A stretch of DNA of 32,000 bases from assembly GCF_000020025.1 (NCBI RefSeq), contig NC_010628.1, forward strand, positions 6,030,001-6,062,000. Direction: 5' to 3'. The notes beneath the pieces are model-generated. The model made no database searches. It saw only the letters and a program-made list of their open reading frames with translations, and was not told the DNA's origin. This DNA is from Nostoc punctiforme PCC 73102. GTDB lineage: Bacteria > Cyanobacteriota > Cyanobacteriia > Cyanobacteriales > Nostocaceae. Of the stretch, positions 9,825 to 20,457 are shown one piece after another. The stretch's first letter is position 1. Every line of letters starts with the position of its first letter. The translations under genes and the position numbers were made by a program.

Positions 9825-11042
9825 ATGAAGATATTGGTGCTGAATGCCGGATCGAGTACCCAAAAAAGTTGTCTGTACGAGATTGCAGATGAGGCTTTCT
9901 CCACCCAAGCATCTCAACCCCTTTGGGAAGGGAAAATCAACTGGACTCAAGATCGCGGTGTGGCAGAAATTGAGGTGAAAACTGCTACAGGTGCAACACT
10001 GCAAGAATCAATTTCTGATGATTCTCCACAGGCACACCTCGCTTATATGCTCAATACACTTAGTGATGGGGATACCAAGGTAATTGATCGGTTGTCAGAA
10101 ATTGATGTGGTGGGGCATCGGATAGTACATGGCGGAGAGGATTATCGAGATAGCGTGGTAATTACGGAGGATGTTAAAAAGGCGATCGCTAGCTTATCTA
10201 ACCTCGCTCCAGCACATAATCCAGTAGCTTTGTCAGGTATAGAAGCAATTGAAAAAATTTTAAAAGATGTCACTCAGATAGCAGTATTTGATACCGGGTT
10301 TCATGCCACTATCCCGGATGCAGCAGCAATCTACCCCGGCCCATATCAGTGGGTAGAGCAAGGTATTCGCCGCTATGGGTTTCATGGTATCAGTCACCAA
10401 TACTGTTCTCAACGTGCTGCCCAAATTCTCGGTCAAGATGTTGCATCTGGGCGGTTAATTACCTGTCATCTGGGTAATGGCTGCTCTTTGGCGGCGATTA
10501 AAAACGGTCGCAGCATTGATACCACAATGGGATTCACGCCCCTAGAAGGATTAATGATGGGTAGTCGTTCTGGTTCAGTTGATCCGGGGATTCTGATTTA
10601 TCTGTTGCGGTACTGTGATTACTCTGTCGAAAAGTTGGATGAGATATTAAATAAAGCTTCTGGGTTAAAGGGAATTTCGGGTGTATCTAGTGATATGCGT
10701 GAGGTGAGAAAAGCGATCGCTCAAGGTAATTCCCGCGCTCAACTCGCTTGGGATATCTACGTGCATCGTCTACGTTCTGGTATCGGTGCAATGGTTACCA
10801 GTTTGGGCGGATTAGATGCTTTGGTGTTTACAGCAGGCGTAGGTGAACACTCTGCGGAAATTCGCCAAGCCGCCTGTGAAGCCTTCGGTTTTTTGGGATT
10901 GAAACTTGATCTTCAGAAAAATCAACAGAAGCCAGTGGATGAAGATATTGCTACAAATGACTCAGCAGTACGGGTATTAGTTATTCATACTCAAGAAGAT
11001 TGGGCGATCGCTCAACATTGTTGGCAAATATTGAAAAACTAA
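9825..11042 (+). CDS. ackA: Acetate kinase
   Basis: MKILVLNAGSSTQKSCLYE N-terminus, VGHRIVHGG, AVFDTGFH, YGFHGISH, HLGNGCS, LEGLMMGSRSG and FTAGVGEHS motifs. 405 aa. Confidence 0.92.
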   Translation: MKILVLNAGSSTQKSCLYEIADEAFSTQASQPLWEGKINWTQDRGVAEIEVKTATGATLQESISDDSPQAHLAYMLNTLSDGDTKVIDRLSEIDVVGHRIVHGGEDYRDSVVITEDVKKAIASLSNLAPAHNPVALSGIEAIEKILKDVTQIAVFDTGFHATIPDAAAIYPGPYQWVEQGIRRYGFHGISHQYCSQRAAQILGQDVASGRLITCHLGNGCSLAAIKNGRSIDTTMGFTPLEGLMMGSRSGSVDPGILIYLLRYCDYSVEKLDEILNKASGLKGISGVSSDMREVRKAIAQGNSRAQLAWDIYVHRLRSGIGAMVTSLGGLDALVFTAGVGEHSAEIRQAACEAFGFLGLKLDLQKNQQKPVDEDIATNDSAVRVLVIHTQEDWAIAQHCWQILKN

Positions 11043-11138
11043 AAATTCTCAAAAAGCTAACTTCTTGTAAGAGTTGGCTAAACTAGCTTCGTTTAAGAGT
11101 TTCCTTTTAAGAATTTGTAGAAGAGTTCTGCATTATGC

Positions 11139-12095
11139 TTAATCTAGGTTTAATAGTAACCGACGTAGGATCAGTTTTCCAACTCGTGGCCTTATAAAAT
11201 TTAAAATATACTCTGTAAGTTTTGGGGCGATAAGTGACAATAATGACAAGAATAATGCATTAACATCTCTAAAGCTATGAATAGCACCAACAACAAAAAT
11301 AGGGATAATGCAAATCAGCGTCCATGCCAACCAATTTATAAATTTAGAGTTGATTGAAGTACGTCTTTGAAGCTGATTTATAAGTACATAGCGAGTAGTA
11401 GCAAATAGTATAGTGAAGCTTATCAAAGCAAATATTGATAGTATTGCATTTGCTGTATATAAACTGGAGACAACCAAACCAGCAGGAAACAGCGAAGCTA
11501 TCTCCCAAACTAGCAGATTTAGTTTAGTCCGAAAACAACTTAGTATTTCTTCTGTTAGCCAATAATGAGCAGAAATAATTGTGGAACAGTTGGAATTTTG
11601 CATAAAATCCAACTTGATTTTGTGGAATATATCACCATGAATAAGGACAGTGCTTTGCAAAATAATATCTTTCTCTTTATAAGCATTTGAAGCTAATTCA
11701 GGCTGCTCATAGTAAGAATTAAAGGTGAGTCCAGACTGTAAACTTGCTTTCCCCGGTGCGGTTTTACTCAGAAAATATTTTAGAATATTGACTATAACAG
11801 TAACGTAAAAAAAATCACTAACTTCTTTTTCAGTAACTTCTTTTTTATTTGCGAAAACAACATTATTGCCGAAACAGGCGTAATACCAAAGAGGAATTAT
11901 CACTTTTGGCGGAATGTATAGAGAAACACCAGTTTTTTGTGCTTGCTGAATCTGTTCTACAACTGTCTCATTTAGATAAAAACTACACTGCGATCGCTCA
12001 ACCTTAAGTTGAAAGCGATCGCCTTGAGGAACTTGTAAAAATAGAGAGAGTACAACATCACCTTGGTTGTCTGTTTTTGTTATGTTGGCGTTCAT
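11139..12095 (-). CDS. Hypothetical membrane protein (soluble N-terminal domain of about 190 aa plus about 4 C-terminal TM helices), 318 aa
   Basis: Long ORF. Its start ATG overlaps the upstream gene's stop by 1 nt (TAATG at 12093-12097). Hydrophobic segments: LLVWEIASLFPAGLVVSSLY, AILSIFALISFTILFATT, WLAWTLICIIPIFVVGAI, LFLSLLSLIAP. No family recognised. Confidence 0.6.
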   Translation of the reverse strand: MNANITKTDNQGDVVLSLFLQVPQGDRFQLKVERSQCSFYLNETVVEQIQQAQKTGVSLYIPPKVIIPLWYYACFGNNVVFANKKEVTEKEVSDFFYVTVIVNILKYFLSKTAPGKASLQSGLTFNSYYEQPELASNAYKEKDIILQSTVLIHGDIFHKIKLDFMQNSNCSTIISAHYWLTEEILSCFRTKLNLLVWEIASLFPAGLVVSSLYTANAILSIFALISFTILFATTRYVLINQLQRRTSINSKFINWLAWTLICIIPIFVVGAIHSFRDVNALFLSLLSLIAPKLTEYILNFIRPRVGKLILRRLLLNLD

Positions 12096-12946
12096 TATCG
12101 AGATAAATTTGCGATACCCTGTACCAAACTAATCAAAAAACTAAATGTTCCACGCCACTGCTTTTCTCCAGAAATAACTCCTTGATTATGTGTATTAATG
12201 ATTAGATTTTTAGCGTCTTCAGATAAACTAAAGAGTTCTTTATGGTAACGAGTAATAATATCTCCATCTAACTGCATGACAGTTTGAGCAAAAATAATAT
12301 CAGTTTTAGTACTTGTCACGTTACCACCATCAAGTGCAGCTTTAAGTTCATACATTTTACGCAGGGTACGAACAAATTTATCATTATTTAAAAGTCTTTG
12401 AATCTCTTTAAAAGTTTCAATCCAATCTTCTTGATTGTTTCCGTCTTTGTCATCAAGAATAGGTGTTGGAGCAGGTAGTATTGGTTGAGCTAGCTTAACA
12501 TTCTCCTGATCGGCTTCGACTAGGTTTGGTTGATGCTTCTTCGCATATTCAAGCCTCTGGCGATATCGTTTTACTCGCTCATCCTGTGGATTATAAAAAT
12601 CTGAACCTTCTTCAAGAAGAAGGTAAAAATATTCTCTTTCTATTTGGTTAAATAAACTTCTATAACGCTTATGCAGTTCTTGAGCTTGAGAACCTTCTTC
12701 TGGAATACCTTTTGCCTCAAAGTAGTCTGGATCGTGTATAGAATAAATTTCTTGATATGCCTCCCAAGCATTAAACTTTGAAGCATTAATTCTATCTACA
12801 ACCATCGTATTTACTTCTAAGGCTGTGATGTCAGAAACTAATGTCTGTACAGAAGATACTAAATTGTTTAACAAGACTCTAGCTTGGTTTTGAATATCTT
12901 GAGGTTGAGCAACATTTCGGTCTTTAGTTTGAATATTATTAGACAT
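12095..12946 (-). CDS. Hypothetical protein, predicted largely alpha-helical, 283 aa
   Basis: Long ORF translationally coupled to the downstream membrane protein. No family recognised. Confidence 0.6.
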   Translation of the reverse strand: MSNNIQTKDRNVAQPQDIQNQARVLLNNLVSSVQTLVSDITALEVNTMVVDRINASKFNAWEAYQEIYSIHDPDYFEAKGIPEEGSQAQELHKRYRSLFNQIEREYFYLLLEEGSDFYNPQDERVKRYRQRLEYAKKHQPNLVEADQENVKLAQPILPAPTPILDDKDGNNQEDWIETFKEIQRLLNNDKFVRTLRKMYELKAALDGGNVTSTKTDIIFAQTVMQLDGDIITRYHKELFSLSEDAKNLIINTHNQGVISGEKQWRGTFSFLISLVQGIANLSR

Positions 12947-13072
12947 AGTTTCACCCTCTCACAGTTCTGGCTGTAGCATTGTATGAATAGCTAGATACAA
13001 GCAAATAAACCTAACGATTTTGCTAGGTTTCGGTAGCTACTTTAGCTTAAATGGGTAATTAACAAAGAATGC

Positions 13073-13531
13073 TTAAAGTTCTGACTTTTTGTGATTTTTC
13101 ACGATTTCCATAAAAAAACCATACAATTTTTCGACACTTTCTATATTCTTGTGAATGATCTCCCGACCATCTCTAATTTGAGTCAAATGAAATTCGCGAA
13201 TTTCTTTATAGGGCCCACTATCAGTAAATTGACTACCAATCTCATTTTGGATATCACCACTAACAAGATTAATTCGGGTATATATTCTATTACCTGGTTT
13301 GGCTGCTTCTATGTCATTTTGTTGCTGATCGGATGACTCTGCTACCCAAGTAGTAATTTTTAAATCAATAGATTCAACTATTACTGTTTTGATGGCATCA
13401 ATAATTTCATTAACATCCAGTCCTTTTTTATCGGCATTAAGATTAGTTACTATTGTTTTAAAATCACTATTTTTTGCCTGAATGGATAGACTATTATTTT
13501 CCAAGTTGTTCGTAACTACAGTATCTAGCAT
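13073..13531 (-). CDS. Hypothetical protein, 152 aa
   Basis: ORF in the first position of the minus-strand three-gene cassette. It is preceded by about 430 bp of very AT-rich non-coding DNA. No family recognised. Confidence 0.5.
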   Translation of the reverse strand: MLDTVVTNNLENNSLSIQAKNSDFKTIVTNLNADKKGLDVNEIIDAIKTVIVESIDLKITTWVAESSDQQQNDIEAAKPGNRIYTRINLVSGDIQNEIGSQFTDSGPYKEIREFHLTQIRDGREIIHKNIESVEKLYGFFMEIVKNHKKSEL

Positions 13532-13959
13532 AAGATTAAGGACACAACAGGTCTAATTGCGAACAAAACTTTATTCTAAATGATGTTCTAAATCTTACTA
13601 CTGTTACTTAACAAAACTCAGTAATATCAAAGGAACTTAATAATTTAAGAATTTGTTGCTTAAGAAAAGCAAAGCTAGGATTTTTAGCAGGTAATTTCAT
13701 CTCAAAAAAGAAAATAATTTATTTAGATTTTGCAAATAAGAAAGCATAAATCATACTCTATTACTCAGTAGTTTTTGTATAAAGTAATACTATTATTACT
13801 AGTTTGTGGTTATACCTGTTTTCAGCTTCTCTTGAGGTAAAGATAGACTGCTATAGTAGCCGCTTAATGGATACCCTCTTGTGACAATATAGCTGAGTAA
13901 TTATACAAGAAGTATATTATATATAATGAATTGCTTCTGCCTGATAAAAGAAGAAAAAT

Positions 13960-14745
13960 ATGTTGTTGCAGCGTAAAGCCATTGCTACACCTTTTATAAT
14001 TTGTGTGTCTATTTTAGGAATTGGCTTGATTCAATTTCCTCAATTGCAAACACTGATAGATAGAAAACAATCTGCCTCTTTAGAGACTCTGGAAAAAGAA
14101 ATAACGTCAGAACATCTCCGTTTGAATTTTCTCAAAAAAATGCCTAGTTTTGGTTATGAAAATTTAATCGCAGATTTGGTATATCTCAATTTCTTACAGT
14201 ACTTCGGAGATGATGAAGTTCGGGATAAAACAGGTTACAGTTTAAGTCCAGAATATTTTGAAGTAATTTTAGAACGTGACCCACGATTTTTAGCAGCGTA
14301 TCGGAGTCTTTCTATCAGTACTTCATTGTATGCTGCTATGCCAGAACGCACGATCGCACTATCAGAGAAAGGCTTAAAATCACTATCTCCCTTTGTTCCC
14401 GAAAAATCTTATTACGTATGGCGTTACAAAGGAATTGATGAGTTATTATTTTTAGGAAACGCTAAAGCTGCCCAAAAGTCTTTCGCAACGGCGGCAAACT
14501 GGGCTAGCAATCTTTCAGATACAGAAAGTCAAACTATAGGAAATATTTCCCGAAAAACTGCGGAATTTTTGGGTCGAAATCCTAATAGCAAATATGCTCA
14601 AATTGCTACCTGGGCAATAATTTTAAATAGTCAAGTTGATGATAGAACTCGGAAACGAGCAATTAGGGAAATTGAAGCTTTAGGAGGAAAAGTATTTACA
14701 ACTTCTGAAGGTAGTAATAAAATTCTCTTTCCACCAAAAGATTAA
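13960..14745 (+). CDS. Hypothetical protein with N-terminal TM/signal anchor, helical-repeat-like, 261 aa
   Basis: ORF with hydrophobic N-terminus AIATPFIICVSILGIGLI. No catalytic motifs recognised. Confidence 0.6.
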   Translation: MLLQRKAIATPFIICVSILGIGLIQFPQLQTLIDRKQSASLETLEKEITSEHLRLNFLKKMPSFGYENLIADLVYLNFLQYFGDDEVRDKTGYSLSPEYFEVILERDPRFLAAYRSLSISTSLYAAMPERTIALSEKGLKSLSPFVPEKSYYVWRYKGIDELLFLGNAKAAQKSFATAANWASNLSDTESQTIGNISRKTAEFLGRNPNSKYAQIATWAIILNSQVDDRTRKRAIREIEALGGKVFTTSEGSNKILFPPKD

Positions 14746-14850
14746 GTTGATATTCATAGATTTTTGTTAGTAATAAAAAATGTAAAAATGTTGTCTTCTC
14801 GATATGCTTTGGAAATAAAAGTAACATTTGCAATATTATTAGGAGCAATA

Positions 14851-15273
14851 ATGATCTCAATACAATTGGCAGAATCTGACTTGAAAATATTAGGGTGTTT
14901 TCCTGTTATGTCCCAGTTACGTCCTCACATTGAGCAAGGTAAGTTTATAGAACAAGTTAGATATCAAATGAAAGAAGGATATCAAATTGCATTATTGGAA
15001 CTAGATGAACAAGCTGTAGCAGTGGCTGGATTTCGTATCTCTACGTGTTTAGCGCTGGGAAAGTTTTTATATATTGATGACTTAGTTGTTGATGAGTTGA
15101 AGCGGTCACAAGGTTATGGTAAACAGTTATTTCAATGGCTAATTGAATATGCAAGAAATCATGGCTGCGAACACCTCAGCCTTGATTCTGGCGTTCAGCG
15201 ATTTGCAGCTCACAGGTTTTATCTCACGGAGCGTATGAGCATTACAAGCCATCACTTTGGAATACAGTTGTAG
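14851..15273 (+). CDS. GNAT family N-acetyltransferase
   Basis: Acetyl-CoA binding motif region LYIDDLVVDELKRSQGYGKQLFQWLIEYARNHGC. I place the start at ATG 14851, which is preceded by aggag. The track start (TTG 14764) would add an implausible hydrophobic extension. Confidence 0.8.
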   Translation: MISIQLAESDLKILGCFPVMSQLRPHIEQGKFIEQVRYQMKEGYQIALLELDEQAVAVAGFRISTCLALGKFLYIDDLVVDELKRSQGYGKQLFQWLIEYARNHGCEHLSLDSGVQRFAAHRFYLTERMSITSHHFGIQL

Positions 15274-15290
15274 CGACAAGCAATCTGGTT

Positions 15291-16085
15291 GTGAAAAATG
15301 ATATTTTTTGGTACAATGGCAAATTAATTCACTCCCAAACTTTAGAGTTAGACATTAACGATCCAGGGTTGCTTTATGGGGCGACTGTTTTTACAACGTT
15401 GCGGGTTTATGAGAACTCATTAGATAGTAATTTAACTAATTGGCAAGCACACTGCGATCGCTTACTTTTCTCAATCCAAACTTTTGCTTGGCAGCAACCC
15501 GATTGGAACCGTCTGCGTCAAGGTGCCCAAATTCTTCTCGCACACTTCCCCGTTCTCAGAATTACCCTTTTTCCCGATGGACGGGAATGGATAACTGGCA
15601 GATTCCTACCACAAGATTTGACAGAAAAACAAAATAATGGTGTATTATGCGCCGTTGCCAGCTCGGAATTTTATCGTTCTCTCCCCTCTCATAAAACTGG
15701 AAACTATTTGAGTGCTTGGTTGGCAAAAACTAGCTTAGATGCTCAAGAAGCAATATTAGTCGATGCTCAAGGAAATTGGCTAGAAACCAGTACAGGCAAC
15801 CTTTGGGGATGGTGCGATCGCACTTGGTACACACCACCAATAAAGGCAGGGATTTTACCCGGAATTTTGCGATCGCAACTTGTAAACTGGTTGCAAAACC
15901 ACCAACAGCCAGTGCGGGAAGAACCTTGGAATGGGGAGCTAGTGCAGAGGTTTGAAGCGATCGCCTACACTAATAGTGTGGTAGAAATTATTCCCATCCA
16001 TACCGTTCATCTGCCTTCAGGGTCGCTACAATGTAATCCCTACCATCATAGTTTTCAGCTAATGAGGGAGCTTTTTTTAGCATGA
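15291..16085 (+). CDS. Class IV aminotransferase family protein (aminodeoxychorismate lyase-like)
   Basis: FWYNGKL......L.I.DPGLLYGATVFTTLRV N-terminus and ..TSTGNLW.....W.TPP...GILPGI.R pattern, typical of fold-type IV PLP enzymes (PabC/IlvE). GTG start. Confidence 0.75.
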   Translation: MKNDIFWYNGKLIHSQTLELDINDPGLLYGATVFTTLRVYENSLDSNLTNWQAHCDRLLFSIQTFAWQQPDWNRLRQGAQILLAHFPVLRITLFPDGREWITGRFLPQDLTEKQNNGVLCAVASSEFYRSLPSHKTGNYLSAWLAKTSLDAQEAILVDAQGNWLETSTGNLWGWCDRTWYTPPIKAGILPGILRSQLVNWLQNHQQPVREEPWNGELVQRFEAIAYTNSVVEIIPIHTVHLPSGSLQCNPYHHSFQLMRELFLA

Positions 16086-16198
16086 CAACCACGCCAAATT
16101 TGTTATATCTTAAGATAAGTTAACATAATTCTTAATAATCACCTTTCCGAGCAGAGAAGCTAGGCGATTGCGCGAAAAATACCGGAGGATAGACTTTA

Positions 16199-18040
16199 GT
16201 GAATAAAAGATGGAGAAATGCAGGGCTGTACGCGCTGCTGTTTATTGTCGTAATTGCGCTGGGAACAGCATTTTTTGACAAACAACCCCAAAGCAGAGAG
16301 ACATGGCGATACAGTCGCTTTATTCAAGAAGTTCAACAAGGCAGAGTAGAAAAAGTCAGTTTGAGTGCAGACCGTTCTACAGCACTGGTTACACCCAAAT
16401 ATGACCCAGCTAAACGGATTGTTACCTTAGTCAACGATCCAGACCTAATCAATACTTTGACTTCTAAAGGCGTTGATATTTCTGTATTGCCCCAAACCGA
16501 TGAAGGATTTTGGTTTAAGGCACTGAGCAGCTTATTTTTCCCTGTATTGCTTTTGGTTGGCTTATTCTTCTTGTTACGTCGCGCTCAAAGTGGCCCAGGC
16601 AGCCAAGCGATGAACTTTGGCAAATCCAAAGCCAGAGTCCAAATGGAACCACAAACTCAGGTGACATTTGGCGATGTCGCTGGTATTGACCAAGCCAAGT
16701 TGGAATTAAACGAAGTTGTAGACTTTCTGAAAAACGCCGATCGCTTTACCGCCGTTGGTGCAAAAATTCCTAAAGGTGTACTGTTAGTTGGTCCTCCTGG
16801 TACAGGTAAAACCCTCCTAGCTCGTGCCGTAGCTGGTGAAGCAGGTGTACCCTTCTTCTCAATCTCCGGTTCAGAATTTGTCGAAATGTTCGTCGGTGTG
16901 GGTGCATCTCGCGTCCGCGATTTGTTTGAACAAGCTAAGACCAACGCTCCTTGTATCGTCTTCATTGATGAAATTGACGCAGTAGGTCGTCAACGGGGTG
17001 CTGGTTTAGGTGGTGGTAACGATGAGCGGGAACAAACCCTCAACCAGTTGCTCACCGAAATGGACGGCTTTGAAGGTAATACAGGCATCATCATTATTGC
17101 CGCTACCAACCGCCCTGATGTCCTAGATGCAGCCCTGTTGCGTCCTGGTCGCTTTGACCGTCAAGTTGTGGTAGACCGTCCTGACTACGCCGGACGCAGC
17201 GAAATCCTCAAGGTACACGCCCGTGGCAAAACCTTGGCGAAAGATGTGGATTTGGATAAAATTGCCCGTCGTACCCCTGGATTTACTGGCGCTGATTTAT
17301 CCAACCTGTTGAATGAAGCTGCAATTTTAGCAGCACGTCGGAATTTGACTGAAATTTCAATGGATGAAATCAACGACGCGATCGATCGCGTATTAGCTGG
17401 TCCAGAGAAGAAAGACCGGGTAATGAGCGAAAAGCGCAAAACCTTGGTGGCATATCACGAAGCTGGTCACGCCTTAGTTGGTGCTTTGATGCCAGACTAT
17501 GACCCAGTACAAAAGATTAGCATCATCCCTCGTGGTCGTGCAGGTGGTTTAACTTGGTTTACCCCCAGCGAAGACCGGATGGACACAGGTTTATACAGCC
17601 GCGCTTATCTGGAAAATCAGATGGCTGTAGCTTTGGGTGGTCGAATTGCTGAAGAATTAATCTTTGGTGAAGAAGAAGTTACTACTGGTGCTTCTAATGA
17701 CTTGCAGCAAGTAGCACGGGTTGCGCGTCAAATGATTACCAGATTTGGGATGAGCGATCGCTTAGGCCCAGTCGCCCTTGGTCGCCAGCAAGGTAACATG
17801 TTCCTAGGACGGGATATCATGTCAGAGCGTGATTTCTCTGAAGAAACTGCCGCCGCCATTGATGAAGAAGTCCGCAAGCTTGTGGATGTAGCCTATACAC
17901 GCGCTAAAGAAGTGTTAGTAGGCAACCGCCACATTTTAGATCAAATCGCCCAAATGTTGGTTGAGAAAGAAACGGTAGATGCCGAAGAGTTGCAAGAAAT
18001 TCTATCGAATAACGATGTAACAACTGCTGCTTTTGCCTAA
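16199..18040 (+). CDS. ftsH: ATP-dependent zinc metalloprotease FtsH
   Basis: Walker [12 protein letters not shown], Walker [13 protein letters not shown] region [19 protein letters not shown], and the zinc site HEAGHAL. GTG start with GGAGGA 9 nt upstream. 613 aa. Confidence 0.95.
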   Translation: MNKRWRNAGLYALLFIVVIALGTAFFDKQPQSRETWRYSRFIQEVQQGRVEKVSLSADRSTALVTPKYDPAKRIVTLVNDPDLINTLTSKGVDISVLPQTDEGFWFKALSSLFFPVLLLVGLFFLLRRAQSGPGSQAMNFGKSKARVQMEPQTQVTFGDVAGIDQAKLELNEVVDFLKNADRFTAVGAKIPKGVLLVGPPGTGKTLLARAVAGEAGVPFFSISGSEFVEMFVGVGASRVRDLFEQAKTNAPCIVFIDEIDAVGRQRGAGLGGGNDEREQTLNQLLTEMDGFEGNTGIIIIAATNRPDVLDAALLRPGRFDRQVVVDRPDYAGRSEILKVHARGKTLAKDVDLDKIARRTPGFTGADLSNLLNEAAILAARRNLTEISMDEINDAIDRVLAGPEKKDRVMSEKRKTLVAYHEAGHALVGALMPDYDPVQKISIIPRGRAGGLTWFTPSEDRMDTGLYSRAYLENQMAVALGGRIAEELIFGEEEVTTGASNDLQQVARVARQMITRFGMSDRLGPVALGRQQGNMFLGRDIMSERDFSEETAAAIDEEVRKLVDVAYTRAKEVLVGNRHILDQIAQMLVEKETVDAEELQEILSNNDVTTAAFA

Positions 18041-18092
18041 TTCAATTTAGTAGTTAGGAGTTAAGAACAATTTTTAACTCCTAAGTGTTAAT

Positions 18093-18122
18093 AAAAGCCC
18101 GGTCTTCATGACCGGGCTTTTA
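18093..18122 (+). terminator. Rho-independent terminator of ftsH
   Basis: aaaaGCCCGGTCttcatGACCGGGCtttt. A second perfect 11-bp inverted repeat precedes it (ttaggagttaa/ttaactcctaa, 18054-18084). Confidence 0.8.
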
Positions 18123-18449
18123 ATATGGGGTTATATACCCCGAGGTTTCGTTATAGAGTTTCAGTATAAATCGCTTGTCTGATAGAGACTACCACCTGAG
18201 CATAATCAATTCCGGAAAATTAGAAAATTTTTTTAGATACACCCAAATTAAAAAAGCTATAGCTCTGACCTCAAAAGGAAAAAGCTCCAATCTAGCAACA
18301 ATTTGAGAAGTCTGGATGGTGAAAAATTCCCGAACCCATCATAAGCACAATCCACGAGCTTGCTTGCCCGACTCTGACGATACCCTAACTTTCCGAATCT
18401 TGACAGTACTAGCGTTAAGAGTGACTCGATACTCAACCAGCCGCCGATC

Positions 18450-18668
18450 TTAAACTCTGGATGCCGGTTTCAAAAATAGCCATGCCACAAAGAATGTAGC
18501 CGCAGTGAATAGTTGCGTCAAGTCTAAAGCTGATAGATAGCCATCTGCAAATGAAGCAATACTGCGATCGGTAATGCCAAATACCCAAGATGACAGTCCA
18601 AACAGCCAAATCCCGTTCTTGAGATTTCCGACGAATTGCTTAGAGTCTGATGGTTTTTGGTCTTTCAT
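18450..18668 (-). CDS. Possible small two-TM membrane protein, 72 aa
   Basis: ORF with two hydrophobic stretches (GIWLFGLSSWVFGI, LFTAATFFVAWLFL). No family recognised. Confidence 0.35.
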   Translation of the reverse strand: MKDQKPSDSKQFVGNLKNGIWLFGLSSWVFGITDRSIASFADGYLSALDLTQLFTAATFFVAWLFLKPASRV

Positions 18669-18881
18669 GAGCTTCTGTCCCGTTGGTAAAAAATTTGATG
18701 ATTAATCCGAAATACCTGCCACTAAGAATTTTTTCTGACTCCTGACGTTGAATTTACACTGCCTACTATTAATATTAATAAATATTTCACCTACTTGACT
18801 TCAATACCCAAAGGTACATCTTCTAATGATGACATTCCTCCTTTGGTTCTGCTACCTCTGATAGACGACTATGAATTGATT

Positions 18882-18909
18882 AGGGGCACACAGCTAGCTG
18901 TGTGCCCCT
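18882..18909. repeat. Perfect 28-bp palindrome (possible terminator hairpin downstream of the LtrA-like gene)
   Basis: aggggcacacagct/agctgtgtgcccct, 52 nt beyond the stop of the minus-strand gene ending at 18961. There is no clear U-tract on either strand. Confidence 0.35.
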
Positions 18910-18960
18910 ACAAATTGACAAATAACTTTGGATAATTTTTATTTTTTGGAAGCCCCTAAA

Positions 18961-20142
18961 CTAAATTTCCGGGTCAACCAAGCGGGTAGTGGGACGACTC
19001 TGATACAAATCTTGAACAACTTGGATAGCAGAAACTACAGCTACAAGGGCAATGACTGCAACAGGTAACAAACCTTTGCCAAAGATAGCGATCGCTAGCA
19101 GCACAACTGCGCCCCCAAGTCGATACTGGGAACGGATTTTGCAATAACGGATCACTCCAAATCGATGGAGAATGCTGACAGCCAGAGAGCATAATGCTAC
19201 TGAACCACAGATGAGCCATCGCTGGGAATCGGGTAGTGCTAAAGTTGCCTTACTCAACAAAATTTGTTCTACGCCGACTCCAGCAGCAGTAATCCCAATC
19301 ACTAGCGGTAAATGGGTGTAGAGCCAGAGATTGACAACACCGACCTTTCCTTCTGTCCGTGCCGTCTCAATAGGTTTACCACCCAAATTATCAAAATAGA
19401 CCCACCACCAGCTAAAGGCGATAATTAGACCAAATATGGCGGAAATCACAGTTAAAGTATCCCATTTCTGCTCAGAAACACCATTGACCACTGCAATGAT
19501 TGCTTCACCCAAGACAATAATGGTAAATAGCCCGAAACGTTCCGGTAAGTGGGAAGCGTGGGGAAGTAACCCTACTTGAAACTTATGTCCTTTTAAGGGT
19601 GTAGCAAAGTCAATAATGATTCCCAGTGTCCAAAATCCGAACCGCCAAGGGATGGGTACAGATGCTGATATTAACCAAAGCAAGGCTGCGATCGCAAAAC
19701 CGATAGCATAGCGAGTGGTCAAAGGACGCGCCGAGGGAATATGTCTTCCAGCACGCACGTACTCTATTACAAGCACAGCCCGACCGAGAGCGTAGGAAAT
19801 GGCAAAACCAGGGGAACTCTCACCCAAACCGTGGTGGATATTAATAGCCATTGCTGCTGCTGTCAGCATTTGTATACCAATCAGCAGTCGATGTCCCACA
19901 TCATCGCTATCAAAGCGGTTGGCATAGAATGTCGTCCCAATCCATGACCACCAAACTGGTATAAATAGAACTACAAACCCAAATAATCCTGATAGAGAGA
20001 TATCCTCGTTGAGATTGTGGGCGAGTTGAGAAACTGCAACTACAAAAACCAAATCATAAAAAAGTTCTAGCCAAGTGGCGTGTCGTTCTTCTTCAGTGTC
20101 TTCACCAATGCGTAATCTTGGCGGTTGGAGAAAATTTGCCAT
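18961..20142 (-). CDS. Low-temperature-requirement A (LtrA)-like integral membrane protein, 393 aa
   Basis: N-terminus ...EERHATWLELFYDLVFVVAVSQLAH, typical of the bacterial LtrA family, followed by about 10 hydrophobic helices. Confidence 0.75.
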   Translation of the reverse strand: MANFLQPPRLRIGEDTEEERHATWLELFYDLVFVVAVSQLAHNLNEDISLSGLFGFVVLFIPVWWSWIGTTFYANRFDSDDVGHRLLIGIQMLTAAAMAINIHHGLGESSPGFAISYALGRAVLVIEYVRAGRHIPSARPLTTRYAIGFAIAALLWLISASVPIPWRFGFWTLGIIIDFATPLKGHKFQVGLLPHASHLPERFGLFTIIVLGEAIIAVVNGVSEQKWDTLTVISAIFGLIIAFSWWWVYFDNLGGKPIETARTEGKVGVVNLWLYTHLPLVIGITAAGVGVEQILLSKATLALPDSQRWLICGSVALCSLAVSILHRFGVIRYCKIRSQYRLGGAVVLLAIAIFGKGLLPVAVIALVAVVSAIQVVQDLYQSRPTTRLVDPEI

Positions 20143-20410
20143 AGTGCTAATTGCGAATCGCTAATTGTTTTTTAGCATTAGCCGTCATCTATTAGCGAGC
20201 GTCTAGACGTTTTTGCTCCCTGCATCTGAAAATTCCCAATAGAAATATTAGTCTATTGAACCTCGTCGCTTTATCAGCAACCTATAATATTTGCAGTGTA
20301 GTAATAACGATTGCAGACTCTAGAAGCCGAGTGAAGTCTAGCTCTACAAACTCAAAAGCAACTATACCAACATAAACAATCATATTGGTAACTTAGATGC
20401 TAAATTTTAA

Positions 20411-20457
20411 AGCGGGCGATGGGACTCGAACCCACGACGTTCACCATGGGAAGGTGA
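20411..20457 (-). pseudogene. Orphan 3' half of tRNA-Gly(CCC): anticodon arm, variable loop, T arm and 3' acceptor strand, with no 5' half
   Basis: The minus strand reads TCACC-TTCCCAT-GGTGA ACGTC GTGGG-TTCGAGT-CCCAT CGCCCGC-T. That gives a 5-bp anticodon stem, a 7-nt loop with U33 and anticodon CCC, the canonical GTTCGAGTC T-loop, and discriminator U. The expected 5' acceptor strand GCGGGCG and D arm are absent from the adjacent sequence. Confidence 0.75.
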
